Assembly: GCF_018350175.1 (NCBI RefSeq)
Contig: NC_058382.1
Location: 15,128,001 to 15,192,000 of the forward strand
From: Felis catus
Taxonomy: Eukaryota
Reading direction: 5' to 3'
DNA: 64,000 nucleotides
Within the stretch, counting starts at the first letter, position 1. Each line of letters starts with the position of its first letter. A program made the position numbers and the translations under genes. Shown one piece after another: positions 63,010 to 64,000 of the stretch. The notes beneath the pieces were generated by a model. It was not told where the DNA came from, ran no database searches, and saw nothing but the letters and a program-made list of their open reading frames with translations.

Positions 63010-64000
63010 GTGTGTGCGGGGGTGACACGAGGACGGGTCTGCTCCCTTTCCTACCCGCTGTACTCTCGCAGGCCTGGCTGCCTGCTCACCTTAGTTTGCT
63101 GCCAGCTCTTGGCCGGGACTGGACGCCCCCGGGAGACGGGGCGCGAGGGGGGATGGGCCTGGGAGGGTGCTGGGGGCCTGGAGCAGGGCCTCCCAGAAGG
63201 GGAAGAGAGGGGAAGCCTGGGAGCCTGTGTCTGACGGGCACCGGTCCCCAGGGCACTGCGGTAAAATGGCCCATAGTCCCCTGAGTTTGGGCTGGAATCC
63301 TGCCTGTACTTACTCCCTGGGGGGCCCTGGGCACCTGAGTCCATCTCCTTGATGGAGTCTCCGTTTACACAGGGCAGCTGGGAGGAGCCCGCAGGGCTCA
63401 GCGCTGGGGGGAAGCTGCTTCTAGTTACTGCCCCGGCAAAGGTTTAGGAAAGGCTGGCTTCTTCCAGGAGAGGAACAGCCTCATTCCCTCTGTGTAGCAC
63501 GAAATCCGGCCCGAGGGGGCGGAGCCAGGGAGCAAGGCTTTCCCTGGGCTCTGAAGCAAGTTAGGGATGTGCCTGTGTGCGTGAAGGGGCTGGGACCAGA
63601 AGGGAACTCCCTGTCGCCCCCCCCTGCTGCACCCCCCCCCCCAGGGCTCATCTGCCGCAGCGAAGCCCAGGGTGAGACACGGAGGATGGGAGGCAAGCCT
63701 GACCGCCTGTGACCCAGTCTGAGAGGCAGGGGGGCCCTGGGGGAGAACCTTTGAAGTCCAGAGACATGCAAGAAAAGAGCCCAAGCGGAGGGGAGATGGA
63801 GTCAGAAGGCTGGGAGGTGTGGCACAGAGACAGAAATGGAGTCCCGGGCGGACAGAAGCAGAGGCGAGAGCGAGGGGTGATGGAGGGTTTGTGCTGTTCG
63901 TATTACTGGGCCTCTCATCCGTGCCTGGTGTTAATCTAGGCAGAAGACTGATAAAGCGCTCTTGCGGGTGGGGGTTGACGTTCTGGTGCCGCAGACAGGT

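Noticed and set aside
1-64000. CRISPR arrays, rRNA, operon-type or prokaryotic systems
   Set aside because: Intron-containing mammalian DNA; no such signals were seen.

Overview
Mammalian genomic DNA, almost certainly a felid, judged by its dense SINEC_Fc-type CanSINEs. It is syntenic to human 19q13.2 read in reverse. Gene order: 3' end of HNRNPL (+), ECH1 (+, 10 exons, 320 aa), LGALS4 (+, 10 exons, 323 aa), two head-to-head galectin-7 genes (LGALS7B position on -, LGALS7 position on +, 139 aa each), then CAPN12 (+, first 18 coding exons, runs off the window). The most notable structure is a large inverted duplication around the galectin-7 pair. Its ~5.5 kb core arms (about 30530-36040 and 40920-46430) differ at only about a dozen sites by eye, while homology continues in steps of falling identity outward (to ~29170/48135) and inward (to ~36620/40335). 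The core is very GC/CpG-rich, lacks young SINEs, and carries GC-shifted repeat relics, including a carnivore-type SINE present in both arms. This pattern fits an ancient duplication kept identical by ongoing, GC-biased arm-to-arm gene conversion. Lesser observations: a PPRE upstream of ECH1, an NF-Y box cluster at the ECH1 3' end, a HINPR to HINSR change in galectin-4, and a speculative spliced minus-strand transcript between LGALS7 and CAPN12. There are four N gaps. All coordinates were derived by hand; percent identities are by-eye estimates.
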